Below, in pieces: positions 46,915 to 64,000 of a stretch of DNA of 64,000 nucleotides. Source of the DNA: the human T2T-CHM13v2.0 reference genome, Homo sapiens. Where the stretch lies: NCBI RefSeq assembly GCF_009914755.1, contig NC_060939.1. One strand, 5' to 3'. Position numbers and translations under genes: made by a program. The notes beneath the pieces are model-generated. The model ran no database searches and was not told the DNA's origin. It worked only from the letters and a program-made list of their open reading frames with translations. Within the stretch, counting starts at the first letter, position 1, and every line of letters begins with the position of its first letter.

Positions 46915-47530
46915 GCCAGCAGGCCAGGTACTGACAAACTGCCCCTGACCAGGTTCCCAGTGATGAGTGATGAGACCCCTAATGACCACTCCTCCATTGA
47001 CCAGCTCCCACTGATCAAGTCCCCACTGACCATGTCTTCCTAACCAGGCCCACACTTAATAGGCCTCATGGGCCAGACCCCACTGACCAATTTTCCACTG
47101 ACCTGGTCCCCATTGACAAGACAGGGTTCCCACTGACAAGACCACAATTTACCAGGTTGCTGCTCAACCGACCCCCCACTGAACAATTCTCCATGAACGA
47201 GTACCCAGCTGACTGAGCCCCCTCTGACCAGGCCCTCACTGACCAGGCTCCAAGCCACTAAGGCCCCACACTGACCAGGCCCGTGATATATTGTGTATGC
47301 CCCACCAACCAGTTTTTCATTGTTTATGTTCCAACAGATCAGGCCCCACTAATAAAGCCACCACTGACTAGGTCCCCCCACTGACCAGGCTTCCAATGAC
47401 TAGGTCACCAGGTCCCCACTGATGAGGCCTTTACTGAGGAGGCTGCCACTAACCAGGCCCCTGCTGATCAGGTCCCAAATGACCAGGTCCTGATGACCAG
47501 GTCATCTCTGACCATGGTCCACTGACCAGG
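46915..47530. repeat. Degenerate CCCCACTGACCAGG minisatellite, array B
   Basis: Same core and orientation as array A. Confidence 0.88.
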
Positions 47531-50440
47531 CCTCGGAGCAACGGGGTTCAAAGTCTCATTACAATGTCCCCCTCAGCTCATAGACCCTCCCTCCCTGCAT
47601 GTGTGCCCAGAGGTCAGGCCCTGGGGTTTTTTTTTGGGACGTGGCCTTTCCTCCAAGACACAGGGAGAGACAGTTGGCCTCAGGCTCCAGGTTCCCAGCT
47701 CCACACTCACCCCAAAGGCCCTCTGGGCCCGTCTCAAAGGAGAAAGTGAGGTGGCCTGACACTGCCTGGACACACCATCTACCCTATTCCTGAGTGTCAG
47801 GGTGTGAGGAAGGGAGGGACATTTGGCAGATAAGGCACGCTGTGCTGTTGGGTCTCTCAGGGCCCTTCCCACAGAGCCCCGATCTAAAGACAGAACACAG
47901 AGGCTACAGGAAGACTAATCCAGAACCTCTGAGACAGCCAGGGACCACATGAGGACTCTCCCCAGACAGCCAGAAGGCCCTTTGCTAGTTTCTTGGTACT
48001 TCAGTGGATGTGGCAGTGGTTCTTCTGTTGGGGACCAGTGAGTACACACTGGGGAGGGCTCACCTGTGCTTCCTCAGTGGCTCCACCTCTGCTTCTAAAA
48101 AAAATGACTCATTCCAGAGCTGGCGCAGAGAAAATACAAGCTGAGCTTAGAACATCTTCTGCCAGAAAGTGAAAAAGTGCCGACAGAGTAATGGAGACAA
48201 ATCAAAGAGACATAAAGTCAGCTTGGAATGTCTACTACTGGCCTAATCTTGGGGAATTGGAGCATCAGAATCATGAGCTTTCCTTCTCCCTTATTTATTG
48301 GTTTTATTTCTCCATGTAGAACAAAGAAGAGAATAAGAAAATAATCATCTGGTAACCATCATAGTAATAATTGTTCAAACACAAGTCATCCATGAAATGC
48401 TAAATCTAGTGGGTTCTGAGGAGTAACCAGATATTTACAGAGCCTCAAAGTATCTCCATACAAAATACAGTTGAACTACAAAAAGAAAATTGTAACATTA
48501 ACATGGACAAACCTGGCAGGTACTCCTTAACTCTCCTAAGTAATAAAAACTGTAAAATGCAAATAAGCCTTCGATGACCTTTACTAACCTTTACTAAAGT
48601 ATCAGTGATGACTTGGTTGTTTAAACAGCTGACATTTGGGCAATTTGAGTATGTCAAACTCAATAATACTGGTTTTCATTTGCAAGATCCACTTAAAACT
48701 TAAGGAGGCCAAAAAACATCATTTAAAATACCCTATAAATTATAATCATACATATGATACAAAAATATCCTACTTCAGTAAATATTGGAATGTTATATAT
48801 TTTATGAGAAACAATTAAAATGTGTAAATAGCCCAGTAATAAAGTTTTATAATCTTTTAAATCATCATAGAATTTTTCCTTAAGACTTTATGGTTAAATA
48901 TTCTCTTCATTAGATGTGGCTTACCCGTGGATTCTAGAGAAGAAAGTAGATGGGAGCAAGTGTCCAATACAGCAACAGCTGGAAAGAAAAATAAAGAATT
49001 TTGTTCTTTACCTAAAACACTTCAGTTAACTAAGTGTGAGTTTAAAAACTAAAGACTTGAGAACTTTATCAGAGTTAATAAGAATGAGAAATATGTATGT
49101 ACATTTACAATACAAAATTACTATTTAATAATTTACACATGGCATTAATTCTAATTGTGTTTAAATATCAGAACTTTTTCAGTCTTCATTCATGTAATCA
49201 ACAGCCACATGCTAAGGTACTAGAACCAGCACTGGAATTACAAGATGAAGATGGCATGGTCCACCTCTCAACAGTCATAAGCTATAACCTAAAAAACAGA
49301 CAGGCAGACAATGTCCATATAGAGTCATAGATACCGTGACAGGTATACAGCAGGGCACTACTGGAACACAGAGAAGGGACATCTACCCACTTTTATGTCA
49401 ATATCATGGGCTTTCTGGTGGAGGAGATAACATAGGTTGATACCTGAAGGACAAGGAAAAGCTTCCCAGATAGAGGAAAGAGGCAAAGGCAAAGAGCCTG
49501 AGGTGAGGAAGAGCCCTGCAGAGTTCCACTCCATCCAGTTTGGTGCTAGAGCAAAGGGCAGAGTGCAGTAAGTGGTGAGAAACAAGGCTGAGTAACTTGG
49601 CAAGAATTACATTGACATGGGTGTTTTTATTTCATGGTGAAAAATTTGGAACTTTTCCTGAGAACAAGTGTAAGCCAATGACACATTAAATTAGAGGAGA
49701 TTTAAAATGTCACCTGTCAAGTGACTGCTTATGAAGGGTTATTGCTCAGCTAAGTATTTCTGAATGAGTCTTAGGTCTGTTGGCCTTCAATCTCTACCGA
49801 AACCCTGAGAACTTGATGATGCTTTTGTTTTCTGAGAATCGTTTCAGTGTGCTGGCTGACAGTTCCATGAGGATGGCAAAACTTAAGAAACTGTAAAGCC
49901 AGTGAAAAAGAGATGCACAGACTTCTTGGGAACTGTTTAAGCTTAGGAACATGATGAATTTATGGTGCATAAGTACAGTCTTCTCTGTGAAAGTTTTTGT
50001 TTTCACATCTTTCATTAGATGTGTGTAAGAAAAAAATATTGATGTAGTATCTACTAACCCAAGAATGAAAAGGAATGCCATTTGCTATTTACACTTTATT
50101 TCTAAAATAAACCTAAATTTAATTAATAAATTTTGTCAACGTACTTCTCTTTGTTTCTCTAATTATTTATTCTACACAGTCCAGCCCCATCTAAAATAAG
50201 TAAAAATAATAATAATGTCTAAATTAAACAAGAAACATTATCATGAAAATCATGTATCACTTACAAAATGTGGCCTTTAGTATTTTTAGTGACTAGACAT
50301 AACTTGAAGTTTGCTTAAATAGAAAAATAATCACATAAATAAAATAAAATTTCTACTTATTTTAAGTTTAGATAACAGAGGATGTATATGTGTAATGCTG
50401 TTTAGAGTAATCTGACAAAAATGCAGTTAATATTGATCTA

Positions 50441-50796
<356 letters not shown>

Positions 50797-50944
50797 TTAA
50801 GTAATTAAAGCCATCTTTTGCAATGAATGCATTGCTTTGAAATTCTTAGAAAACTCTGCCCTTTATAAAAGTTTAATCCATTTTTTACTTCAATAAATTT
50901 TATCTTAAAAAGAAATTTCTGTTCTCTACTTATAGTAAACTTTT

Positions 50945-52090
50945 CTTTTTTTTTTCTAGTTTGTATTCTAAATTAACGTGGTACCTCTGTAAGTTTCTTC
51001 CAAAGGCATATTGAGGGATACCGAGGTTTGCAGTACAATTAAACCCATCACACAGGTTGTGAGCATAGGACCCAAGAAGTAGTTTTTCAACCCTGGCCCA
51101 CTCTGTCCCTCCCCATTCTTATTTCCCAGTGTCTATTATTCCCACCTTTATGACAATGTGCACCCAATATGTAGCTCCCACATGAGTGAAAACATGAGAT
51201 ATTTGGTTTCTGTTTCTGCGTTGGTTTGCTTAGGAGAGTGGATTCCAGCTGTATTCATGTTGCTGCAAATGATGTGATTTTGTTCTTTTCATGGCTGCAT
51301 AGTATTCCATGGTATATATGGAATTTTCCAATCTACCTTGGATTTTCAATCTACCTTGGATGTACCTGGATTGACTCCACGTCTTTGCTATTGTGAATAG
51401 TGCTGCAATGAACATACATGTGTATACATCTTTTTGTTACAATGATTTATTGTCCTTTCGGTATACCCCTAGTATAGTAATGGGGTTGCTGCATCCAACA
51501 GTCATTCTTAGTTCTTAATTTCCAAACTGCTCTCCATAGTAGCTGAATTAATTTACATTGCCACAAACGGTTTGTGTTCCCTTTTCTCCACAGCCTCCCC
51601 AACATCCTTTTTTAAGTTTTTATTTATTATTTGTTTTTAACAAAAGTCATTGTGACTGGTGTGAAATGGTATCTCATTGATGTTTTGTGTGGCATTTTTC
51701 TGATGATTAGCAATGGTAAGCATTTTTTAATGTTTGTTGGCCACTTACGTGTGTTATTTTGAGAACTGTCTGTTCATGTCCTTTGCCCATTTATAATGGT
51801 CTTATTTATTTTTTGCTTGTTGATTTGTTTAGGTCTCTTATGGATTCTGGATAATAGGCGTTTGCTATATCCATACTTTGTGAATATTTTCTTCCATTCT
51901 TTTAGGCTTTCTGTTTAATCTCGTGATAGTTTCTCATGCTGTGCAGAAGCTATTTAGCTAAATTAGATCACACTTGTCAATTTTTGTTATTCTTGCAATT
52001 GCTTTTGAGGACTTAGCCATAAATTAACTGACAAATATGATATCCAGAAGAGTATTTCCTAGGTTTTTTCCAGGATTTTTATAGTCAGAA
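50945..52090 (-). mobile_element. L1 3' end (L1PB/old L1PA-like)
   Basis: ORF 51230-51415 [15 protein letters not shown]...[11 protein letters not shown] is the ORF2 C-terminus; 3'UTR-like sequence toward 50945. Confidence 0.85.
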
Positions 52091-52122
52091 GATGTACTCT
52101 TATGTAAAGAAAGCACAAACCT

Positions 52123-52415
52123 TTTTTTTGTTTTGTTTTGAGACAGAGTCTCCATCACCAAGGCTATAGTGCAGTGGTATGATCTTGGCTTACTGCAACC
52201 TCTGTCTCCTGGGTTCAAGTGATTCTCCTGCCTCAGCCTCCTGAGTATCTGAGATTACACATGCCTGCCAACACGCCTTGCTAATTTTTGTATTTTTACT
52301 AGAGACAGGTTTCATCATGTTGGCCAGGCTGGTCTCAAACTCCTGACGTCAGGTGATTCACCTGCCTCGGCCTCCCCAAATTTTGGGATTACAAGTGTGA
52401 GCCACCATGCCTGGC
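52123..52415 (-). mobile_element. Alu (AluS-like)
   Basis: Antisense Alu; TSD-like aagcacaaa(c/g)ctttt. Confidence 0.95.
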
Positions 52416-52590
52416 CAAGCACAAAGCTTTTAAAATAAAAAGGGAAATGAACATTTTAGTGTTTTGTTTAATTCATAAAATGCAATTATTTTGGATTCTA
52501 CTAAATAATAAACATCCATATGTGGCAAAGTGGATGCTAATCATTCAGTTGTGATTATGGGTGGGAAGAATTGAGATGGTGCAAATAAAC

Positions 52591-52897
52591 TTTTTTAATT
52601 TTTTTTTTATTTTCAAGATGGAGTCTTGCCCTGTCACCCAGGCTGGAGTGCAGTGGTGCAATCTCAGCTCCTGCAACCTCCGTCTCCCAGGTTCAAGCAA
52701 TTCTCTGCCTCAGCCTTCCTAGTAGCTGGGATTACAGGTGCCCACCACCACACCAGGCTAATATTTTTTTTTGTACTTTTAGTAGAGTTGGGGTTTCACC
52801 ATCTTGGCCAGGCTGGTCTTGAACTCCTGACCTCGTGATACACCTGCCTCAGCCTCCCAAAGTGCTGGGATTACAGGCATGAGCCACCACACCTGGC
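52591..52897 (-). mobile_element. Alu (AluS-like)
   Basis: Antisense Alu; TSD tggtgcaaa(t/g)aaacttt. Confidence 0.95.
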
Positions 52898-52926
52898 TGG
52901 TGCAAAGAAACTTTAAAAGTGGCATG

Positions 52927-53241
<315 letters not shown>

Positions 53242-53597
53242 CTAAACTATAATCAATTAGAGAGTAAGCCAGACCATCTCAAAGTATATCATCACTTATC
53301 AGGCAATAACATGCAATTTCTAAAACCTAACTTAAATGCAGGTTTTAAAGACATTTCAAACATGTCAGTTTAGTCACATTTCTTGAATAAAGTTAGCAAA
53401 TGGATATCTCTTGAAAATGAGAGCTCCAGGGAATTAAAAAATGTAAAGTTCCCATTTCCTTTCTGTGTTAACACAGCTAATTATGATCTTTACTTCACAT
53501 GCAAAAGTCAACAGAACAACTCAGTATTTCACCAAATTATAAACAAGAATTACGCTAGAGAAATGAAACCCTAAAGAGAAACGGTCATATAACTAAC

Positions 53598-56380
<2,783 letters not shown>

Positions 56381-56730
56381 TTATCTGTAATGCAGCAGAT
56401 TCTTCAAATGTGAACCCTTAAATTACTCAGAATTTTAAGAACAAAGTTAAAGCTACCATGAGTCATAAAAATATATTCTTTACTATCATCATCTTTGCCA
56501 CAGAATTTTTGTACTTCATTTTACTTTTATTTTTCTGATAATTCATTTTTGTTCCTCCTTAAATGGCACAAAGTTATCTCCTAGTAAAAAGTGTCTAACC
56601 CCCTTCCTTCATTATCATTCCCCACAGTATGTCAAAAAAAGTTTCAGAGATATCATATTGAGTTATTTAGGCCAAAGTCAATAAATGGGTCTAGGAATAA
56701 GACTTTGAAAGTGATATTACACTCTATATT

Positions 56731-57020
56731 AGGCATGGTGGCTCATGCCTGTAATCCTAGCACTTTAAAAAGCTGTGGCAGAAAGATCACTTGAGGCCAG
56801 GAATTTGAGATCAGCCAGAGCAACATAGTGAGACCCCCATCTCTACAAAAAAAAAATTTTTTTAATTACCCGGGCATGGTGGCTCATGCCTGTAGACCCA
56901 GCTAGTTGGGATACTGAGGCAAAAGGATGGCTTGTACCCAGAGTTCAGGGCTGCAGTGAATTATTATCGCTGCACTTCTGCCTGGATGACAGACAAAGAC
57001 CCTATCTCAAAAAACAACAC
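56731..57020 (+). mobile_element. Alu (AluJ-like)
   Basis: Diverged sense Alu dimer. Confidence 0.9.
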
Positions 57021-57124
57021 AAAATAATGAAATCTATGATTAAGGATTCTGATGCTATAAGCCTTTCCTTAAACTGCAAATGTTTCATGCTAATTTGAAT
57101 TGCATTTTAAGAAGTAATGATTCT

Positions 57125-58860
57125 TGGGGTAAAGACCATAGAATATGGCACCCAGAAATAAATTCACATATTTCCAGCCAACTGATTTTGGACGAACATG
57201 CCAAGAACGTACGCTGGGGAAAGGACAGCCTCTTCAAATGAATGACACTGGGAAAACTAAATATCCATATGGAGAAGAATGATATTAGCTTCCTATGTAA
57301 CACCATATAACAACATAAACTCAGAATCGATTGAAGACTGAAATGTAAGGCCCAAATGTATCAAACTACTCTAAGTAAATATAAGGAAAAGGCTTGAGGA
57401 CATTAGTCTGCACAAAGATTTTTATGGGTAAGACATCAGAAGCATAGGCAAACAACAAATCATAGACAAAAGACACTACATTAAGCTAAAGAGCTTCTGT
57501 CCAGCAAACAACTGAGTGAAGAGAAAACCTGTAGAATAGGAGAAAATATTGTCAAGCTATTCACCTAATGAGGGACTAATATACAAAATATACAAAAAAA
57601 CTCAAACAACATCACAGTAAAAAAATCTGAGTTTAAAACTGGGCAAAATATCTAACTATACTTTTTTTTAGAAAAAGAAATACAAATAGCCAATAAATAA
57701 ATTTTAAAATGCTCAGTATCACTAATCCTCAGGGAAATACAAATCAAATCTACAATGTGATATAATCTTGCTTCAATTTGAATAAATTGCTGTCATTGAA
57801 AAGACAAAAAAAATAACAAATGCTGGTGAGGCTCCAGAGAACAGTAAACTCTTACATGCTGTTGGTGGGAAGGTAAATTAGTGCAGCCACTATAGAGAAC
57901 AACAGGAGGTTTTCTCAAAAAAACTAATAATGGGACTGGCGAGGGATCCAGCAACCCCACTACCGGGTATTCAGGCAATAGAAAAGAAAACAATAGATCA
58001 AAAGGATATCTGTCCTCATATGTTTACTGTAGCACTATCCACAACAGCTTGTGTATGGAATCAACATACATGTCCATCACCAAATGAATGGATGAAAAAC
58101 TGTGGCACACAAACACAGTGGAATACTATTCACCATATAAAGGAATTAAATCCTGTTATTCGTGGCCATGTGGATCAGTCTGATGGATGTTAAGTGCAGA
58201 CACAGAAAGATAAATACTGCACATTCTTACTCATGTGTGGGAGCTAAAGGAAAATTAAAGGCTGGGCAATATGGCTGATGCCTGTAATTTCCTAGCTCTT
58301 TGTAAGACCAAGGCAAGAGAATCATTTGAGGCCAAAAGTTCCAGAGCTCCCTGGGCAACATAGGGAGATATCTCTACAAAGTCAAAAATCAGACATGTGC
58401 AATGGTGCATGCCCATAATGCCAGCTGCTCAGGAGGCTGAGGTGTGAGGATCTGATGGGCCCAAGAGTTTGAAGCTGCAGTGAACTATGATCAAACCACT
58501 GTCTCCAGTCTGGGTGACTACAGTTGCCCAGAGCCCAGACTACACTAGCAAGACCCTGTCTCTTAACAAAAAAAAAGCTCACAGAAGTAGGGGAGGGGAG
58601 GCTGGTTAATGGATACAGAATTACAGTTAGATAAGAGGAGTGAGTTCTGGTGTTCTGTGGCATTGTAGGGTGAATATGGTTAACTATGACTTATTGTATA
58701 TTTTTAAAAAGCCAGAAAATTTTGAATGTTCACAATTCAAAGAAATGAAAAATGGTTGAAGTAGTAAATGTGCTAGTTAGCTTGATCATTACACACTATA
58801 TACGTGTATAAAAATATCACTCTATAGCCCATAATTATGTATATATGTGTCAATTAAAAC
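57125..58860 (+). mobile_element. L1 (L1MA-like) 3' portion, interrupted by Alu
   Basis: gccaactgattttggac...ggggaaaggacagcctcttcaaa (ORF2) and 3'UTR ggttaatggatacagaattacagttagataagagg. Confidence 0.85.
58260..58577 (+). mobile_element. Alu (AluJ-like)
   Basis: Diverged sense Alu with a small insertion near the 3' end. Confidence 0.85.
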
Positions 58861-58899
58861 AAAAGAGAAGCTACATTCATCCCATTTAAAAAACAGAAT

Positions 58900-59290
58900 A
58901 TGGGCCAGCCTTACTGACTTCCTTCTAATGAGTAGAATGTAGTGAAAGGGATACCATGTGGCTTCCCTATCTCAGACTGTTTTCCCTTGGAACCCAGCCC
59001 CTATTGTGAGAGCCATCAGGCCACAAAGAGAGCCTGAAAGTGCCTGTGTCAGTGTTCATGCTGCCTGTCCCAACCAAGTTTACAGCCGATGGCCAGCATC
59101 AACCATCAAACAAGTGGGGGACCAAAGCTTCAGAGGATTCCATTTCCGCAACTGATCAGCTGTTCCTAGGGAAGCTGAAGGGAGCAGAGCAAGCTGTCCT
59201 GGCCAAGTTTTTCCCAAACCACAGGTTCATGAATAAAATAAATGTTTTTCTTTCAAGCCACAAGACTCTGGGTAATTGTTAGGAAAATAA
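58900..59290 (+). mobile_element. MLT1-type LTR remnant
   Basis: cttggaacccagccc..attgtgag; aataaaataaatg...tcaagccac...gggtaattgtta 3' end. Confidence 0.6.
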
Positions 59291-60559
59291 GTTTTAAAAA
59301 GAGACAACAGGAAACATAACTTATGCAGCAGAAAAGAGTCTCCTTTAAAGCAGGATCTAATAAAGGTTGATATTTATTTATTGATGTCAAACATTATTGA
59401 GAAGCAGTAGATAACCAGGAGAGAGACATAAGCTGCTGAGGAGGAATTTTCCTAAAACAACTTCAATAATGAACGCTGATAACAAGGCAAGGGTGTCTTC
59501 TTACAATTTCCCCTCAAGTTAGGAAGTAAGACTGGGAAGCAAGAAGATGTATGATTTGAAAAACAACTAGAAATACTGGGTGACATAGGCAAAATCAGAC
59601 ATTTACCTGATTTCAATTAACTAAAATTCTAAAAGAAGAAGTTTTGAGTATTTATTAATCAACCTAGTATTCAATTTTCATTTTCTTTTCTAAATGAGGA
59701 AATAAGGAGAATATTATGGAATGATTTTTATTCTTCACAGAAGTAAAATAAGCATAGTGTGTTTTGAGTGTTAAGACACAAATGCAATTTCTCCTTTACC
59801 TTACTCCAAGCTTGTTTGTATGGAGAAGTTAAGACCATCCCATCTCTATGTTATGCCACAATGCTTCTCTATAGCACACAACTTGGCTCTGAAATTTTGA
59901 AAGTCAAAATACTAATCTACTATGTGTCTCTGATAAATTGCCTGAACCTTACCTGACTTTGAAGTGCTGCACTCCTAAGACTTTTTCTTGGAATGAGTTA
60001 AACGTTTTATTCCAAGAATCCTCTACTGAGCTAGAAAGCAGAGCTGTGCATCTCTGTTTCAGTAAAAGGAGGTCAATATAGGGAACTGTGGTTTCTGAGA
60101 ATGCAAGATCTGCACTAATAAAAGGATTAGCCACAGTGCTACCCAAGAGAACCAGCTACCAGGAGAAAAGAGGGTCTGTAAACTGCAAGATGATGACTTC
60201 ACTTGATTTCCACTGAGGAAAGCTGGCGGCTCAGACTTAAACTTCTCCTTCCTAGATGGTAGACATCTATGGAAGGTTCTATGAATTATAATGAGTTAGT
60301 AAAACATAATGCACTGAATATTAGACTATGTCAGCAGATCCTGTAACCAAAACTTACTGAAAATATAACTATAGTGGGAGGCAATGGAAAAGAGACTAAA
60401 GGCTTGAATGGAGAAAAAAAGAAATTAAGTGTGTCTTGTAAGCCTGGCGTCTGATCATGTCTTAGAGGAAGTAAGGTATAAGCTGGCCAGAGACTCCTTT
60501 GTGACACAAAAGGTGAAGTTACAGACATTCCACTAAATTTAATTTTTATTATGACATAA

Positions 60560-62400
60560 GACAACTGGTAATATGCAACATGATTGAAAAAAACTTCTCA
60601 TTCAATTCGATTGGGCCTTGACATAAGAATAGACATAAACAAGCTAAGAATTGACAATCTAAAAATAAGCCTGCACTTTTACAGTCAATTGATTTTATAC
60701 AAGCTTCACAAAAGAACAAAATGGGAAAAGAATAGTCTTTTCAACAAATGGTGCTGGGACAACTGGGTATCCATAAGCAAAAAATAAATAAATTTCGACC
60801 AAATATCTTATTTAATAATTAACTCAAAATAAAATAGTTAACTGTAAAAGCTAAAACTATAAAACCCTCAGAAGAAAACACTGGCATAAATCTTTGTGAC
60901 TGCATTTGCCAGTGTTTTCTTAGCTATGACTCCAAAGGAAAAATGGATTCAATGGACTTCAAAATTGAAAACTGCTGTGCCTCAGAAGACAGCATGAAGA
61001 AATGAAAAGGTAAGACGCCAAGTAGAAGAAAGTATTTGAAAAGTGTGTATCTGATAAGGGACTTACATATATAGGAAATATAAATAACTCTTGCAATTAA
61101 TAAATAACAAGATAAGCCAATTTTAAAAAATGGGCAAAGATTTTGAATAGATATATCTGCAAAGAAGATATAAAGATGGAAAAGCACATTAATAGATGCT
61201 TAATGTAATTAGTCATTAGGAAAATGTAAATCAAAACCACATGTGGTATCACTTCACACCACAGGATAAAATCTTTGTTCAAGAAAAAAGAGTGTCAGGA
61301 AAAATGTAAAGAAATTAAAACCCTTATCTAATGCTGCTGGGAATGTAAAGTGATGCAGCCACTTTGGAAAACAAACTGGCAGCTCTTTAAAGGGTTAAGC
61401 ATGAAGTTACCATATGACACACAAATTCCAGTCATAAGTATATACTCCAGAAAAATAAAAACATACGCAAGCACAAAAACTCATACATAAATGTTTACAA
61501 CAGCATTATTAATAGTAGTCAAAAGGTGGAAAGAACCAGAACGTCTGTCACCTTTGGCTGGGAGAGAACCCAAAGGTCCATCACCTGGCGAATGGATAAA
61601 TAAAATGTTTGATGTATCCATACAATGGAATATTACTCAGCAATAAGAAGAAATTAAGTACAGATACCGTATTAGGAGGAGACAGCAAAATGCCTAGGCA
61701 GATACGGAAGGGTCCCCGGAGAATCTCCAACGAGCCCCACAAGTGTTTACACCTGATGTTATGTGCAGATAAGGGAACCTGGACTTGTCTTGCCTGGACA
61801 TGCCCACAGCAGACTGGAGGCCCACATGCAGTGGGGGGATGGGGTGGAGTCACCAGGAATTCACACCTTATGCAGAGGAGGAGCCTGGCCGCTTCAGCTC
61901 ATGTGCTCCTGGTATTCAATTGTGAGGTGGAAACCTCTTTGCAGGACCCCTCTCTTTGCTGAGAGCTGTGCTTTCACATAATAAATTCTGCCCTCCTCAA
62001 TGTGTCTGCAGGCTTAATTTTTCCTGGTCATGAGAGAAGAACACAGATGTAGCTGAACTAAGGAGCAAAAACCCGGCATCAATACCTGCTACAGCACAGA
62101 TGCAGCATGAAAAATTATGCTAAGTGAAATAAGCCAGTCCCAGCAGACCACTTGCTTTTTATTTCAGAGGCTTATAGGCAAATCTATACAAAGAAGGTGG
62201 GTGGTTCCCTAGGGCTGAGGGAGGAAGGGAAAACTAGTGAAGATGGCTAAATGATGTGGGGTTTGTTTTTAGGGTGATGAAAATGTTCTAAAATTAATTG
62301 TAATGATGACGGCATAACTCTCTGAAAATACTAAAGTTAATGAATTCTATACTTTAAATGAGTGAATTGCATGGCGTGTTCATTATTTCTCAATAAACCT
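60560..62400 (+). mobile_element. L1 (L1MB-like) 3' portion, interrupted by an LTR
   Basis: [16 protein letters not shown] in ORF 60584-60787; L1MB-type 3'UTR ggtgatgaaaatgttctaaaatt...tttctcaataaa. Confidence 0.85.
61668..62081 (+). mobile_element. ERV1-class solo LTR
   Basis: Flanked by 4-bp TSD ATAC (61664-61667, 62082-62085); AATAAA near 61980; ends ...gcatca; the host L1 is continuous once it is removed; subfamily not assigned. Confidence 0.75.
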
Positions 62401-63099
62401 GTTACCCCCCACCCCAAATTAATTTGGTACTAGAGATCTGCAGATAGGTACTGCTTGGTTTCAAATCACTGGCCAGGGTTCAAGGTCTAAGAGAATCAAC
62501 AACATGTCCTTTTTATAGAAAAATAGATTTATATTTTACAAGCTATCCTTTTCATTAGTATCAAGTCTGTAAAATTCAATGAAAAATCTTTCTTTCACTG
62601 CTTAAAGCACTGACAGATTTATATAGAGGAATAAGACCTTGTTTTCCTTGGCCCTAATTTCTATCTAAAGGGTCTGGGAAACACACCCTTCAAACTATCA
62701 AATCTCATCAGATGGGTTTTATTAACACTTATAATGTGGCTTCCTTTCTAATCTGATTCTGGTGCAACATCACAGAGAGAAGAAGCTGAAGGAAATCAAA
62801 ATAATTTACCCCCAAATATATTGTTTGACGTATTTTGAAATGGCTGCTGCAGGGCCAAGAGATTGAAATGGCCCTCATTAAGGTAGCCCAATCTCCCCTT
62901 CTAGGTCTTCCCAGATCTGGGGAAGATTAACTAAAAGCCTGAGGCATTTAAAGTTTGAAAAGATATATTTACTCTCTATTTTCTCAACATATTTTGGCAG
63001 AATTTGGATTTTTCCATTATCAATATTTTCCAAAATGCATGATTTTTAATACCAAAACTGATTTAAAATTACCATACGTTGGAATATAAATTATTCTAT

Positions 63100-63535
63100 T
63101 ATAAAGATACATGCATTTGCATGTTCACTGCAGCACTATTCACAATAGTAAAGACATGGAATCAACCCAGATGGACATTATCAGTGATAATGGGATAAAG
63201 AAAATGTGGTATATATACACCATGGAATACTATGGAGCCATAAAAATGAATGAGATCGTGCTCTTTGCAGGGATATGGATGAACCCGAAGCTGATATCTT
63301 CAGCAAACTAATGCAGGAAGAAAAAACCAAACACTGCATCTTCTCACTTATAAGTGGGAGCTGAACGATAAGAACACATGGACTCAGGGAGGGGAACAAC
63401 AAACACTGGGGCCTGTTGGGGTCAGGAGGGAGAGCATCAAGATCAATAACTAATGCCCACAGGGCTTAATATCTAGGTGATGGATTGATAGGTGCAGCAA
63501 ACCATCATGGAACACGTTTACCTATATAAGAAACT
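63100..63535 (+). mobile_element. L1PA 3' end fragment
   Basis: IKKMWYIYTMEYYGAIKMNE ORF2 C-terminus and L1PA 3'UTR. Confidence 0.88.
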
Positions 63536-63633
63536 TGTTGGCCAGACTGGTCTTGAACTCCTGACCTCATGATCTTCCTGCCTTGGCCTCCCAAAGTGCT
63601 GGGATTACAGGTGTGGCCACCATGCCTGGTGGC
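63536..63633 (-). mobile_element. Alu left-arm fragment
   Basis: tgttggccagactggtcttgaactcctgacctc...ctcccaaagtgctgggattacagg. Confidence 0.85.
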
Positions 63634-64000
63634 TATTTCTCTTTTTAAATTCTCTCAGGACTCCTAAAATCTCAAAACTTTGACCTAGATTCCCTAATCT
63701 ACATTTCCAGCTCTGACCATTTTCTTGAGGTCTCTTCCTTCTAGTACCCATATTATAGAAAATATTCTCAACCACATGCTCATACATTGCTAATTGGTGC
63801 AGATTACTTTTGTAGATAGTGAATGTTGTCTATTTTATGTTGGTTCTCATTAATGTTACTTTGAGTATACTGTTATTTTCTAATCTCAAAGGGGGACTAT
63901 CTCACTGTTATGATACTAACCAGTATACTTTGTCCTTTTTTTCTTGCTTTCTTCTTTTTTGGACCAGTATACTTTGTCCCTTTTTTTGTTTTTCTTTTTT

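Overview
Human (or great-ape) genomic DNA that is very repeat-rich and has no intact conventional protein-coding gene. Its make-up (a 48-bp CER satellite block, an SNX18 retro-pseudogene and ANKRD18/ANKRD20A-family pseudo-exons) suggests an acrocentric short-arm or pericentromeric segmental-duplication mosaic; this location is inferred. Left part (1-39.8 kb): a CpG-island promoter at ~4.5-5.1 kb (ZNF143/THAP11, NRF1, GC-box, YY1 and ETS motifs) followed by + strand exons with canonical splice sites. Next come an LTR6-type solo LTR and a 14.3-kb MER57-type provirus (both LTRs, GTTC TSD, tRNA-Leu PBS, PPT). The provirus contains a ~35-bp minisatellite, four Alus, a full-length L1PA3/4-like element with an open ORF0, and a MER52 LTR. 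A dense Alu cluster and a near-full-length Tigger1 follow. Right part (39.8-64 kb): the CER block, then two arrays of a degenerate CACTGACCAGG minisatellite around an MST element and the SNX18 pseudogene. The pseudogene carries a 162-bp inverted self-insertion, and a second inverted repeat lies next to it. Three ANKRD18/20A-like exons (two frameshifted) follow on the - strand. I found no convincing new biological system. The best leads are the double-hairpin SNX18 pseudogene, the SOX/CRE-motif minisatellite, a predicted spliced small ORF and the open ORF0. Repeat subfamily and parent-gene assignments are from memory of consensus sequences and need RepeatMasker/Dfam/BLAST confirmation.
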